A stretch of 63,755 bases of DNA, filler included, from Ministeria vibrans ATCC 50519 (GCA_943704425.1; 8 parts of 8 records of this genome joined end to end with filler, not necessarily neighbours in it), one strand, 5' to 3'; shown: positions 23,514 through 38,438, counted from the whole stretch's first letter. The notes: generated by a model not told the origin, from the letters alone. Translations and numbers: made by a program.

Positions 23514-25721
23514 CTCAACACTAAACTCGACAATGGGTCTGACGTGGGTCGTAAACGTGTCTGGGTTGTTGTTGAGTGCCTTGAGCGCCTTCAGTGCCTC
23601 TTCGTGCGTCGCATACTCCACAAACCCAAACCCTTTGCTGCGCCCCACTCCCTTTGCGTCCACCCGCTCCTTCTGCCGCACCACCAGACACGATTCGACC
23701 TTCCCATACCCGACACACAGTTTCTTCAGCTGCTTGTCCGTCAACTCCAACGGCAGATTCCGCACACTCAGTCGTGTGCTCGACACAAAGTAGTTTGGGT
23801 TCTTGAGCTTGGCGCGCTTCTCTTGCTCACACCGCTTCCGTCGCCGCAAATCCTCCGCACTAATGCCATTGGCATCGGGACTCTCCTGTGTGATACGCCC
23901 CACAAACGCCAGTCGCATGTTGCGCTTGTCAATCGTCTCGGCTCCACGGCCCTTGCGCTCCTCCGCCATTCGCACTGCGTCATCTCGCGACACCGCCCGC
24001 GTACAGTGCAATGCCCGCCCGTCCACGACCAGCGCCGCCCCGCTCGTCTCGTCCGCATACAGCGTCGCGCGGTCCTCCGTCGCCGCCGCAAGACACGACT
24101 CAACCCCACTCGTCTCCCGGAACTTGACAAACGCACTGCCCCGCGGCAGTCCTGTCTCTCGGTCCATCACCAGCTTCACAAACACCACACTGCCGTACTC
24201 GCTCTCCATCCGCTCCTTGAGCATCTCCCACGTCGTCTCAAACGACAGGTTCGTCACAAACACCGTCAGTCCTTCATCAACATCGTTTGGCGCCACTCGC
24301 TTCGTCCCTTTTGTCGTCGCCTCATCCCCACTCTCGTCGCTCTCTCCTCCGCTGTCACTTCCACCGTCACTCTCATCGTCCTCCTCCTCATCATCATAAT
24401 CCTTCTCATCATCGTCCTCCTCCCCCTTCTCTCCTTTCTCCTCTTCTTCCTCCCCTTCTCCTTGCTTCGTCTCCTCCTCCTCCTTCCGTCTCAGTGCCTC
24501 ATACTCGTCCTTGGACAGAGCCCAGTCCACTGCAATCGTGCGTCCGCCCAACTCGGTTCCGTTGAGCTTCTGCACTGCCTGCGCCGACTCATTGGTCGTG
24601 CTCATCTGCACAAATCCAAACCCATTGCCGCGTCCCGTCGTGCTGTTCTGCGGCACGCGCACCTCGTCCACTGTCCCAAATGCGCGAAAGGGCTCTGCAA
24701 GTGCCTTCTCCGTCATGGTGTACGGCAAATTGCGGACGATCAGACGCGCTCGTTTCGTCGGAACCTTCTTTGACCCCGATGTCGATGAGGTCGTCGCTGA
24801 TGATGACGCTGCAGTGGTCGTCGATGCGCCCAAAGGGTTCTTGCGTGTGCGCAGCCCACAGTGCAGTTTTGCGCCGTGAAACTCGTGGCCGTCAATCTTG
24901 CCAATGGCTGCGCGCGCTCCCTTGTGCGTCGCAAAGACGGCGTGTGCTGTGGGCTCTTCGCAGCCTTCCAGAAGCTCCAGGGACTCGAGGTCGCCTGTCT
25001 TGCGCAGTCGCTTGTACAGGCGCTTCTTGGTCTCGTCGCTGCCAATACCCGTAATGACGAGCGTGCGTCCCTCGGCAGTGCTTGCAGGCTTGCGCTCTGC
25101 CTTGCCCTTCTTCTTCTTGTTCTCCTGCTCCTCTGCCGTCGCACTAGATGCTGCTGTCGCACCGGCCGGCGAGTCGTCTGTGCCCTTCTCCTCTTCCTCC
25201 TCCTCCTCCTCCTTCCCCTCCTTCTCCGTCTTCTTCTTCTTCTTCTTCTTGTCCTTCTTCGACTTCTTCTTCGTCGTCGCGTCGTCGTTGTCGTCGTTGT
25301 CGCCCTCGTCGTCGCCATTGCTGTCGTCGGGGCCGTCGCCGCCACCAACCGCACCGCTGTCGACCGTTTCTTTGCCCTCGGGCGTGTCCACAACGCCGGG
25401 CGTGTCGCTTCCAACGACGCCACGTGAACGACGATTGGCCGCCATACAACTGATGCGACGATTGCCAACCTTCATCGTCTGCCCCGCCTTCAGCGCCTTC
25501 TCCACGTCATCCTTGAAGGCAAACTGCACAAAGCCAAAGCCTCGACAGCCGCCTTGGCCGTCGCTCACAACAAACGCGGCGCGAACAGGCGCGATCGACT
25601 CGAAAAGTTTCTCCAGGGTCTCATTTGTCGCGTCGTACGGCAGGTTGCGCACGAAAATCGTTGCCGCCGTCTTGGCGACCTCGCCCGCGGGCGTCGTGTC
25701 GCGCTTTGACTTCTTTCCCAT
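23514..25721 (-). CDS. RBM28: Multi-RRM nucleolar protein RBM28/Nop4 (3' end lost at the contig break)
   Basis: Four RRMs (IFVRNLPY..RGFGFVQF; RLIVRNLPY; VFVTNLSF; STRLSVRNLP), KLKNPNYFVS, RPIVEFSVE, acidic/basic linkers. Confidence 0.9.
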
Positions 25722-25812
25722 GGATTACGCACAGGGGGTCGAAAAATATTGGATTTATGATTCATTTTTTATCATTAATCATTATGATTAAAAATCTTTT
25801 ATTTATTCGTGA

Positions 25813-26721
25813 CTAGACGCGCAAAACGGAGACGGCACAGCGGTTGTAAAGGTTTGCGAGCTTGCCACCCTTGCGGGCGTTGTACTCGCCAATGTGAATG
25901 TCCTCGCGACGGGGCGGATAGAAGGCCATGCGGGCATAGGTGCCGCCGGCGTTGCCCTTGGCCAGCTTGCCCGGATTCACACAGAGGACCTTGCGCACTT
26001 CCTTGGCAAAGGGAGTCAGGTCGGACGGCAACAAGAGCACGTCGGGCGTCACGGCAAATGCGCCTGACTGCTCCACATGCTCGTAGTCGACGTTGGCACC
26101 GACAGCGGGTGGGAAGAGCGGATAAAACGACTTTTGATCAATGAGATGGGCTGCAAGTCGTGACAGTCGGTCGGGACGTGTGTCCTTTGGTGTCCTATAC
26201 AAGAAAGGAGGAAGGAAAGAAAGGAATAGAGAGGGAGAGAGAAAGAAAATGGTGAGTAACGGGTGGATTGCGATGGTGGTTGATAGGTGCATACCGGCCG
26301 GTCTCGTTCTGTCCAATGTGGAAGAGAATATCATTGGTAGACACGCCAATGACAATCTCATTAATGAGCAGCATTGACGGGTTGGGAAAGAAAAACACGC
26401 GCTAAAGGAGGGCACAAGGAAACAGTCAAAGACAGAAAAGCGAGAGAGGGAGAGAAGACACTCGTTCAGAAGCTTTTGCGTGTACCTTTGTTGCTTCAAA
26501 CTTCTTGCAAGCGTCCTCAGCAAGATGGTACGGAGGCTGAGGAAACACCGCATCAACATGAGCTGCATCGCGCAGAGACGGAATAACCACAACCTGTGTG
26601 TGTGATGTGGCCATGATGCTCTCCAGAGCAAACGAGAGCCACTGCTGTGCCAGCTCATCAATGGTCATTGTCAGCTCACCCTCCTCTACAACACTGTTCT
26701 CGGCATCCACAAACGGACCAG

Positions 26722-26770
<49 letters not shown>

Positions 26771-27581
26771 CAGTAGTCGTATTCACACGCACAAGCGCGC
26801 ATTCTCCCTCTCTATCACTTTTTTCTCTGTCCCTCCTCTCACCAGAATCAGCACGTCTGGTTGTTCCTGTTGAATCTCCGCAAGCAAGTCAGCAAGAGGT
26901 GCATAGCTGAGATCAGAGCCACACGTAAAGGGCCCACTGGCAACAAAGACACTCACAGGCGGACTTTCACCACCATCAAACCCAATGCTGTTGTAGTAGT
27001 AGTCGACGAGCTGCTGTGGGTCTGTCTTCTTCTGAGGCAACGGTACTCCTTCCAGCAACTGCTGCACCACCACGCGGTTGCCCGTCGGGTTAGTCCCCAC
27101 CACACCCACAATCTACAAAGAGGTACATACACAGACTCAGACACAGACACAAACAAAGACACACCACAATCGCTGAGACTCACAAAACACAAAGACAAAT
27201 GCTCAACACAAGACGCAAAGACAAAAACGCACACAAGTCTCCCTTCTTCCTTTCGTTTCTTTACCTGTCCAGGGAAAAAGGAAAAGGACGGAGGCGCATC
27301 CACATTAAGAGGAACCCGCTCGCGATTCGACAGCTGCTGTGACCCTTCCAGCAACAGACTCTTCTCATTGAGACGTCCTTCGCTGTCACAGCAAATGCGT
27401 CCCACCGCATAAATAGTGCTCTGCTGTGCCAATGCAATGTTCGCCAGTTGGAACCCCACAGTGCTCTCCTCCTCCTCCACCCGCGTCCCACTCGACGCTG
27501 CCGCGGCCTTCTCCGCCTGCGCAATCTTCTGTAGTTTCTTTGTGAAGCGCAGCGCCATTTCTTCAAGCCGTTGATCCAACA
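25813..27581 (-). CDS. POLA2: DNA polymerase alpha subunit B (5' part missing), multi-exon
   Basis: VGRICCDSEGRLNEKSLLLEGS; FSFFPGQ; VASGPFT; GPFVD; LIDQKSFYPLFPP; TPDVLLLPSDL; CVNPGKL. Confidence 0.93.
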
Positions 27582-27906
27582 CTATACATTGGCAAAAGAA
27601 TACAATGAGACACAGTCGCGCTCTCATAAACTCTCTTTCTCTCCCTCTCTATCACTTTGTTTCTTTCTCCCTCCTTTCTTTCTCTCTATCACTGTGTTTC
27701 TTTCTCCCTCCCTCCTTTCTCTCTCTATCACTTTGTTTCTTTCTCCCTCCTTTCTCGTTCTCTCTCTCTCTATCTCTCTATCACTTTGTTCCTTTCTCCC
27801 TCCTTTCTCGTTCTCTCTCTCTCTCTATCTCTCTCTATCACTTTGTTTCTTTCTCCCTCCTTTCTCGTTCTCTCTCTCTCTATCTCTCTCTATCACTTTG
27901 TTTCTT

Positions 27907-27959
<53 letters not shown>

Positions 27960-28059
27960 NNNNNNNNNNNNNNNNNNNNNNNNNNNNNNNNNNNNNNNNN
28001 NNNTTAATTAATTAANNNNNNNNNNNNNNNNNNNNNNNNNNNNNNNNNNNNNNNNNNNN

Positions 28060-28338
28060 CATCGCGTCAGACAGCAAATGGCGAACAGTCTCAGAAGACA
28101 TGCGACGCGCACCATGCCATTTCGGGGGCGGACGCCGCGTGCTCAGACGCAGCAGAACCTCCAGTGCGACCGCTGCATCTGTGTCGACGTAAGAGGTCTT
28201 CGCCTGTGGCAGTGTTGTGAAACCTGTGAACGCGACAATTTCGCGCCACTCGCGGCTGACGCCCGACAAAGCCACAGCCGCTTGTGGGGTACACCGGGCG
28301 ACAATGGCGCACTTGCAATCGAATGAGAGGCGTTCCAT
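28060..28338 (-). CDS. F-box-like protein N-terminus (truncated by contig end), probable paralogue of 29271-30230
   Basis: MERLSFDCKCAIVARCTPQAAVALSGVSREWREIVAFTGF..LEVLLRLS aligns by eye with the neighbour's F-box region. Confidence 0.55.
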
Positions 28339-28724
28339 TACAAAAGGCAGAAGTTTAAGTGTGTGATCGCAGTCCCGACTTCGGAGGAACTTCGGAGTTC
28401 TTCTTCTGTTGGCAATTAACCCCTTAACCAGTAACACTCTCACAGCAGCGTCTCGACTCTCGGAAGAAGAAGACAGTCGCGTCGATTTTGCGGCCTAGAG
28501 TAATTAAATTGATGAAAAGTTTGAATTGCTTCTTAGCACACAATATTTTGGATAAACATTGATAATAATAATAAAAATAATAATGATAATAAAAATAATA
28601 ATAATATAATTATCTCTCGACGCTTCTGTAGATTAGAAAGTGGTTCTGAGATGTTTGTGTTATCGCTTTTCGTTTGTGATTGATAATAAATTGGAAATGT
28701 CTTCTTCTTCTTCTATTGCTTATT

Positions 28725-29111
28725 TTATTGTTGTTTTTTATCTGCCAGCAATAGTTCAACCACCACCGAGTGACCATTCCATCTGGCGGATCGAATGGCA
28801 TAGTTGTTGTTTGCTGCCGGGTCGACACGACTGTCCGCCAGCAATAGCTGAACCACCGCCAAGTGGTCTTTTGCACTGGCGCTACGGATGGCGTAATTGT
28901 CGTCGGCGGCAGGGTCAATTCGAGTATCTGTCAACCCCCCCCGCTCCCCTCCGGAAGCCGGACGACTCGTTCGACCACCCACAAGCGCGCCATCGTTGTA
29001 AGGCGGATGCATGGTGTAGGCCAAGTACAGCGCTCAGGTTGAGCAACGTTGCAACAATAGCATTAGAACACTCGGAAGTGGTGAGAGGCTGTGGCTGGCT
29101 GACCCTGCCAT
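28725..29111 (-). pseudogene. Decayed F-box/ankyrin-repeat gene
   Basis: MAGSASHSLSPLPSVLMLLLQRCST*ALYLAY (in-frame TGA 29034-29036), followed by two ankyrin repeats RIDPAADDNYAIRSA..LLADSRVDP. Confidence 0.6.
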
Positions 29112-29270
29112 AAATCAACCCGATCAACTCACAAAAAATAAAACGATTGACCAGTGAGCTCAATCGCGTGAGCACAATTACGTACGCCTTAGGCACGCAA
29201 ATTTTCTGCTGGCTGGCACGTCTCCCTCTGAAAGAGTCAGAGTGCGTCGGAGGAGCAAGAATACACGTCA

Positions 29271-30230
29271 TTAAGTTTCAAAGTAGCTCTCGTTGAGACG
29301 ACTCTGGAGTTTGTGCTGCACCCTCTGGTCGGCCAAAAGCAGATTTTCAATAATTTCATCGCCATTTCGATGGGCCAACAGTAATGTGCGATTCTTAAAG
29401 AGCGACGGGTCAACGCGACGGTCGTTCAGGAGCACTTGGACAATCTCTGAATGACCATATTGAGTGGCAATGAAGATTGGGTCTCGTGCAAGAGTGGTTG
29501 GGTCGACACGCGGATCACGGAGGAGCATAGAGACGATTGGAAGGTTTCCTTGGATGAGCGCCCAGCGCAAAGGAGCGTTTTCATCGGCCGTTGGGTCAGC
29601 ACGACCATCGTGTAAGAGCAATTCGACAATGTCCGCGTGGTTGTTGCATGACGCGGCGCAGATGCAGCTGCTGTGGGATGCGCTGGGGTTGACGCGACCG
29701 TCGTCAAGGAGCAGGCGGACGATGGCAGTGTGGCCCGCTCCACTGGCGCGTTGCAGTGCAGCGTGTTGACAGCCGCTCGGATCAACGCGTCCGTCCGCCA
29801 GCAGCGCTGCTACCGTCGCAATGGAACCCGTGTGGCAAGCTTGAACAATGGCTTCGTTGTCTTCGAGAGTTGGGTCAACATGTTGGTCCGCAAGCAGAAA
29901 AGTGCTGAGGTGTGAGAGTGACGGGAATGGAAAGGAGAAGAGGGAGTCGTAAAAGAGCCCTTGTGCGTGTGGCGTGTCGAAGCAGACGGAGCCGTGGCGT
30001 TCAACGAGGCCCCTCCAGCGAGAGGCGGAGGCGCGCAGCAGTGTTTCGCACGACAGCAGCTCGACAGAGGTCGGCTCGGCACCAGTGCGGCGCATCGAGA
30101 CAAACCCATCGCTGGTGGTGACTCGAAGCCAGCGCTGGCAGCTCCAGCGAAGGGCAAGTGCCGTGGATGGAGAGCAGTGGCAGAGGAGCGCGACTAAGAG
30201 CTCGTCGGGAAGATGGTTCAATGTGATCAT
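29271..30230 (-). CDS. Intronless F-box + ankyrin-repeat protein
   Basis: MITLNHLPDELLVALLCHCSPSTALALRWSCQRW (F-box) plus about 6 ankyrin repeats of the LLxDxRVDP type. Confidence 0.85.
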   Translation of the reverse strand: MITLNHLPDELLVALLCHCSPSTALALRWSCQRWLRVTTSDGFVSMRRTGAEPTSVELLSCETLLRASASRWRGLVERHGSVCFDTPHAQGLFYDSLFSFPFPSLSHLSTFLLADQHVDPTLEDNEAIVQACHTGSIATVAALLADGRVDPSGCQHAALQRASGAGHTAIVRLLLDDGRVNPSASHSSCICAASCNNHADIVELLLHDGRADPTADENAPLRWALIQGNLPIVSMLLRDPRVDPTTLARDPIFIATQYGHSEIVQVLLNDRRVDPSLFKNRTLLLAHRNGDEIIENLLLADQRVQHKLQSRLNESYFET

Positions 30231-30670
30231 ATGAGAGGAGTCATCCACTGTTCCTGTCCACTGAGCGCCCCGGAGGTGAAGCGGGACAGGCCGGGCCAAG
30301 CGATGCAGCAGGACGTGCCACGTGAGACGCGGCTCTGTCAGAGGTTGGTCCACGAACGGAAATACAATAAGTAAAAATAATTACTAAGCACTGTAATGGT
30401 TTTCATTGATTAATTCAGTCTTTGGAGAACAAACGAAGTGAAAGCGAATAATTATAGACTCACTTTCACTGTCTGACAGTGTCACAGTGGGATCGTTTGC
30501 CATAACTCCCTAGTGGCCGGGAGGGCTAGGACACGACGACTCGTCACTCGAGTCATTTCGCCGTTGTTCAAAATACATAATTGTTTTTCTTTTTTATTCT
30601 TTCCTCAATCACTTCCTATCGACTCTTTGCACCCACAGAACAGCAAAATAAAAAGGGGGGACAGTTACTT

Positions 30671-31928
<1,258 letters not shown>

Positions 31929-32897
31929 GTTGGAAGACTTCTGTTTTGGTTGGACAGAGAAAAAGTGTTAGCACTTATAGATCAAGAATTCAAGACATAG
32001 TGCGATCACTGATTGAAAATCGATGCGCACTTGCTGCGCGCCCAAGCAGACGTCAATGGTCTATAGTCTACAACCTGGTGTAGTGCCTTAGGGTGTTAGG
32101 TCTCTCCGCCAAGTGATGGCCGCTATGGAGTGAGGAGGTGGTGAGAAGGCGGAGCAACTGCACAACTGATCGTCAGTTCGTCACTAACAACTGACTATTT
32201 TCCAATTATCCAATATTTTCTCTTTCGTTTCCGACAGAGCCCTAGGTTGCATATGATGAGCTCGGATAGCGAAGACTCCATTCGGGCACACGCCGAGCCG
32301 AGCCGGTACCAATTCTGATTTGAAACATTTGGGTCGTTTTGTGCTCTCTCGTTGTGCTCTCGTTGTGCTTCTTGCGCCGCACCCCGGCACCCCTCCCTTT
32401 GCGCTGGGCCGCGTATTCCACCCCCCCAGACGTCCGTGCCTCGCCCGTCTTCCAAACTGTCTTGTGCGTTTTGTCAGATGTGATTTCGTGTCGATTTTTT
32501 ATATTTATATTATTTTATATATTATATTATATATATTTGGGGTTCCTGTCCCATCCAAGCGGATATCGCACCGCGTCGGGGCATGGTGCGATGCTCTTTG
32601 GGCATGCGGTGGGGCTGCGGGGTGGCAGCGTGGCGCAAAGAGGCAGTGTGGACTAGAAGAAGGAGTTTTTTTTTGGGGGGTTTTTGTGTCAAGGATTAAT
32701 TTTGTGATGTGACTCACGCGTGTCCCTTGACGAGCCCTGGCACCGCCACGGGGCCGATGTGTTGCACTGTGGTCGTGTGCACGCTGTGGCTGTCGTTGGA
32801 GCGGCACATTGCAATGATCTTTGTGTGTGTTGTGTGACACTCAAATGTAATGCATTGTCTCACTCAATGTTATGCATTGTCTGCTCGTCTCGTGTAG

Positions 32898-35330
32898 GAA
32901 GCGACGCCCGTCCGACGACGAAAACAGCGAAGGTGCGTTATTGTGTGAGCGAAAGCGTAGCCTTTTAAGCTGACGGAAAGGGAATGTTTCTTGTGCAACT
33001 GTAGACGCCAAGCGGGTGGCGCTGAGCACCACGGGCGAACAGGGAGGCGAAGACCGTCCGCGCAAACCCACCACAACACTGCGCTTGTTGGTCCCCACCA
33101 AAATCGCGGGCTCTCTTATTGGTCGAGGCGGAAGGTACCCTCTAAATGTGTGTGCGTGAGTGTATCTTGACCGTTTGTTTCCACAGTATTGCCCAGAAGC
33201 TTCGTGAGGATTCTGGAGCGCGGATTTCGATTGGTGATCAAGTTCAAGGTGCGAAAAGCAGACGAATCAAAAACGAGAGCCATTTATTGTTTTTGGATAG
33301 GATTTCCCGATCGACTTGTGACGATTGGCGGTTCTGCGGAAATTGTCAAAGGGGCAATTAGTCTCGTGATGGGTCGCTTAGAAGAGGTTCAAATACATAT
33401 TTGTTTTGTGTGTTTCTAGTGTGGCGTATCTCTGTATCTGTGTGGTTGTGTGTGTCTCTGTATCTCTATGTATCTCGTACCTGTGTGTGCGCATCTCTGT
33501 ACCTCTCTCTCTGTGTGTGCTTAGTAGTGTGTGTATCTCATGTGTGCGTCATTTTTATTAGCATATTGGAGCGGGACCCACAGGCGAAGAGAACGACAGC
33601 ACAAAGGAAGACGGAGAAGGAGAAGAAGGGAACACAACGACAGCAGCAGCAGCAGCATCAGAAGACACAAGTGAATCGTCCAATGCAATGCACTATAAGA
33701 TGAACAAGGGCCATGGTGCGACGCCCGATCGTCTTGTGTTGCGCTTGCTTGTTCCTCATTTGCAAGTGGGTTCTATTATTGGTCGGTCGGGACAGACTAT
33801 CAAGTCTATTCGCGAGCAGACATCTGCGTTCATTCAAGTGAGTCAAAAACGATATGAACTTTTTTTTTGTTTTGTTTTGAGAGTGTGCAAGACGGAGAAT
33901 GATGTGTGTAATTTTGACGTTTTACTCCTCCCAACTCACCCCCCCTCTCTTTGTCTCTTTGTTTCTGTGTCTGTTTGGTATTAGGTGAACAATGAAGTCC
34001 TTCCGCACTCGGCTGAGCGTGCCATTGCCGTGTCAGGCACTGCCTCTGTCATTGCCAAGGCACTTGTTTTCATATTCGACACAATGTTGGCTGTAAGTAG
34101 GGGGGGAAAGACCACCTACTCACACGGGACTGAACTCAAACATAACCTACACTCTGCCTCAGTCTCATTGTCTACTGAGATGGGTTTGATTGACTCTCTC
34201 ACACAATGACTGACACTCCCTTAATGATCGACAGTCAGTCTCTCTTATAATGACTGTCACTCAATCCCTTTTAACCCTCACTCTTTTCCCTTCCTCTCTC
34301 ACCATTGTCATATTCTCTTCCCACAGTCTCCTATCAAGGGTCATATTGCCCTGTTCAACATGCAGGCAGTCGCCGCCGCGAACCACCACCAACATTACCA
34401 GCAGGGTGGCCCCATGGCGGCCTACCCCGCGCATCGCGACTACCACGATCAGCGCTACCCCCACGTACTCTCCTATCGCACTCTATTTATCTTTTTTGCT
34501 CCATTTTTAATGTATCCTTGTACGTACAGCAGGTGCCTCGAAATGGCCCCTTTGGCGGAATGGACTACGCGCAACAGCCATCGCCTTACGCCTCCTTCGA
34601 TCCCCATCACCATCCTCATCTCCCCCACCACCGCCTTCCCCACCACCAACAACAACAGCAACACCACCAGCAGCAGCAGCGACGCCCCAACCCTTCCTAC
34701 CACCATCCTCGAGACGACGTAATCATTTCATCATTCTTGTCCCTTTCCACTGGCCCTCCCTAACTCCCCCTTCCCTTCCCTCCTTCCCCTTCCTTCCCCT
34801 TCCACTACCCTAGTACGCTACCTCCTCTTCCTCCACCCCATCTGCCTCTACCACTGCTGCCCCGTCGTCGTCCTCCTCCTCCTCCACCGCTGCCAGTGCT
34901 GCCGCCTCAGCCGCCTCCATTGCCTCCGCAATCCCCTCCGGCTCAGCAGACCACACTTCCCTCGCCATTCCAATCGCGAATGAGCTCTCGGGCGTCGTCA
35001 TTGGTCGCTCCGGCGCCACAATCAACAGCATCCGCCAAATGTCTGGCGCACAGGTATGTTCACACAAATTGACCAACTCTTTTGCACAGTTCCCTCCCAT
35101 CACCACACCACATACTTGCTCTGTCCACACTGTTGCTCTCACACACACTCTCTCTTACCTCCCTCATAGGTGCGCATTTCTCCCGCCGACCGCATGTCCG
35201 CTCACCGCACAGTGACCATCACCGGCACTCAAGAGGCAGTTAATCTTGCCCGTATGCTTCTCGCTCAACAAGTCGAAGAACAGCGCCAACAGCAGATCCA
35301 CACTCCTCAGTTTCCCCCGCGCGTAAATCA
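32898..35330 (+). CDS. Three-KH-domain RNA-binding protein (PCBP/hnRNP K/Nova-like); start and stop uncertain
   Basis: LRLLVPTKIAGSLIGRGG; LRLLVPHLQVGSIIGRSGQTIKSIREQT; IPIANELSGVVIGRSGATINSIRQMSGA..RTVTITGT. Confidence 0.85.
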
Positions 35331-36056
35331 ACACACAAACCAACACACACTGTTTCATTCTCACTCACTCGCCAACTTTCACGCGTCTCACTCAAATCAT
35401 AACTCTCATTATTACCCAATCACTCTCACTTTCTGTCACTCACCCAAATCTCTCACTTACAATATCCAACATCTTTGCTCTCTCTTTATCCTTCTTCTTT
35501 GCTCACTCTCTTCTTTCTCTTTCTCTTTTTTTTTTTNNNNNNNNNNCCTCCGTCCAAACAAGGTTGAAAGACACGCATGTGTGTGAAAGGTTGCTTTTTT
35601 CTTCTCTTTTAGTACTGAACAGTTTCAATACAAAATCAATCAAATTGTGTGTGAAGAAAAACGAATAATAATAATAATAATTACTATTATTATTATTATT
35701 ATTAAAAATAATTTTATTAGTGACAATACAATCCATTTTTTTTTTGGGTTTTATTAATGGTTTGGTCGCGTCGCGAAGACACAACCAGGACCACAGCGCA
35801 AACTCAATCTCTCTACTTCTCTCCCTATCGCTTTCTCTATCTCTTTCTCTCTCGAGGTAACATGAGAAAGCAGCGACAGGTCAGAGGTTGCTGTGTCGTC
35901 GCTATCCAGTCCGTCAGTCGCAACGATCCGCGATCGATAAAAACAACAACAATTATTATTATTATTATTATTTAATTTATTATTATTACTATTATTATTT
36001 TATACTATTATATTTTTTATTATTATTTTCTTCTTTTATGACTATTCATTTTTCTA

Positions 36057-37366
36057 TTAAAGCGTGTCAGTCACTTTTAGTTTGTTTGGGACTCTGTCAA
36101 AGAAAAGCAAACCAGAACGTTTCTCAATTTCTTTCAATGAGACTCGAAATTGCGAAATGGGAACCTGAAAGAAAGAAAAAAAAAACATAGTGAGAGGAAA
36201 TATAATTATACATACACAAACAAGAGAGAGAAAAAGAGAAGTCGTATTGATACTTTGTTATCGATTGGAGCATTTGGGAGAATGTAACTCTCAATGGAAG
36301 AGATTCCTTTTCCTGAGGAGAAGAGATGATGACGGTTAGGGGTACACTTGGCAGTGGGATTTGGACGTGGCGCTTTCATACCGGCAACTTTCTCCTTTGC
36401 AATGACCTTGTAGAAGTGAGTGGGCACAGCCACTTCGTTTTTGCCAATCACCTGATACCGAACGTACCGTTTCCCGTCGGATTCACTGGACAAAGCACAA
36501 AACGTCAACAAAAGACAATACATTGAAAACTTAATGCATCAAACTTACGGCTGAGAGAGGTAGAGCGGCCCCGAGCAGATGAACACATTGTCGTGTGTTT
36601 CAGTCAACTTGCGACAGTGCTAAACAGCTTCGCCCTCAGACACACAATGCATTACTGTGTTTCTATCATACCGATTCTAAGTGAGCCCATTTGTCTCGGT
36701 TGAACCCCTTTCCAACCTGCGGAGACATATTGGATAGGGAGAAGGTGGCGTCGAGAGAGTCCTTTGATGAGCGGTGATTGGCTGCAGGGACTAAGTGGCC
36801 CCGATCGAATCCACTGAGTAAACAGACAAAACAGGTTTGCGCACTTCTCGTGCCAGCTGCCGCTTGTCGGCCTCTCTACCTTCCTCTGTAGTCTGTCAGC
36901 TGCGCCCGGAACATGGGCGGCTCGGAGGGATCCTCAAAGAAGACCGAGTCAGCGCGATCAGCACTCTTGATCGCCAGTTGACCGCGATTGATGTGCTCGC
37001 ACGCCCACGTCGCCGTCTTGGTGCGGCGATCGTAGCCCGACACAAAGGACGAGTGGACCTTGACGTTCCCGTGGTCTGCAACACAACGACGGCGAAGGAA
37101 GGAGTCAGGTGGCTCTGCGACGAGTCGCTTTGCTCACCAGGGTAGCCCAGCTCAACGGCACGCGTCGCCTCGGGCGTCAGCCGTGGTGCACGAGGCATCT
37201 GAGACGCCCCCGGAGACGACGCTGGCGCCTCCTGCTGCGGGCGTTGAGGAGGAGAGGGAGCGGGACTCGCTTGATCTCCGATCAGTCCCTTTCTAAACGC
37301 GATCGATGTCGCGACCGCACCCAGCGCAGCGCCAGTCAATGCAGACACAATCAAGCGCACTGGCAT
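36057..37366 (-). CDS. ENDOG: Endonuclease G / Nuc1 mitochondrial nuclease, multi-exon
   Basis: GFDRGHLVPAANH; TFSLSNMSPQVGKGFNR; VRYQVIG..VAVPTHFYKV; IEKRSGLLFF. Confidence 0.93.
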
Positions 37367-37634
37367 GACAGTTTTCAAGAGGGCGACGAAAAATCAAGAA
37401 TGAAAACTGAAAAGTCTGATGACTGATCGTATGATTAATCAATCGTCTGGTGTTTTATGATGCAGGTCTTGTTGCGTTTGGCATCTCGGTTGTCCTCTTA
37501 TTCTTATTATACTGATACTACTGGTTATGATCAGTAATAATTGATCACAGAGAGAAAGAACAGGCTGGTAGAAGAAAAACTCATTTCTCAATCACAAATG
37601 TCACGCGATCAAAAGCAATAATTATTGGGGGTTT

Positions 37635-37799
37635 TTACTTTGCTCCCAAAACCTCAATCTCGAAAATCAGTTCACTGTTGGGCATAATGCCCCAAGCAGG
37701 GAATCCGCCCGCGCCGTAGGCGTAGTCGGGCGAGCAGTGCACACGCGCGACTTCACCGATCTTCATAGTGACAACCGACTCGTCCCACCCTTTGATGAC
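37635..37799 (-). CDS. FKBP12-type peptidyl-prolyl isomerase, last exon
   Basis: [51 protein letters not shown]. Confidence 0.9.
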   Translation of the reverse strand, partial: VIKGWDESVVTMKIGEVARVHCSPDYAYGAGGFPAWGIMPNSELIFEIEVLGAK

Positions 37800-38021
37800 C
37801 TGACACGAGAGAGAGATTGTGTGTGTGTGAGAGAGAGGAGGGAGGGGGAAAGAAATAAAGTGGCAGAGTGAGAAACGAGTTAGAGAAACAAAGTGACAAG
37901 GTGAGAAAGAACAAAGTGACAGAGTTAGAGAAACAAAGTGACAGAATGAGAGAGAGACAAAGTGAGAAAGGAACAAAGTGAGAGAGAAAGAAAACAGATT
38001 AAACAAAAACCAAATCACAGA

Positions 38022-38096
<75 letters not shown>

Positions 38097-38438
38097 NNNN
38101 NNNNNNNNNNNNNNNNNNNNNNNNNNNNNNNNNNNNNNNNTTAATTAATTAANNNNNNNNNNNNNNNNNNNNNNNNNNNNNNNNNNNNNNNNNNNNGGTG
38201 ATTAGTGCGGTGGAGCTGTGTCGCCGGATGAAGAACAACTGGCAAGGGCTGCTTGTGGGGCGCATTTGGAGCGAGTGGGACGAAACGCGCAACGAAGGCG
38301 ACATTTTGTTCTTTCGCGATGGCAGTGGTGTGTAAATACACAATCATTTTGTTTTGTTACAATAAAAGTACGTTTGAGTTTCAGTTTACTCCCTCTCATT
38401 TTACACATACACCCATGGCTCCGCCAAACCCGCCTGCT

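Noticed and set aside
29034-29036. UGA recoding (in-frame TGAs in the F-box copy and the Gly-rich gene)
   Set aside because: MDP1, SOD, RPB1 and GST end normally in TGA, and the affected genes also carry frameshifts, so decay is the simpler explanation
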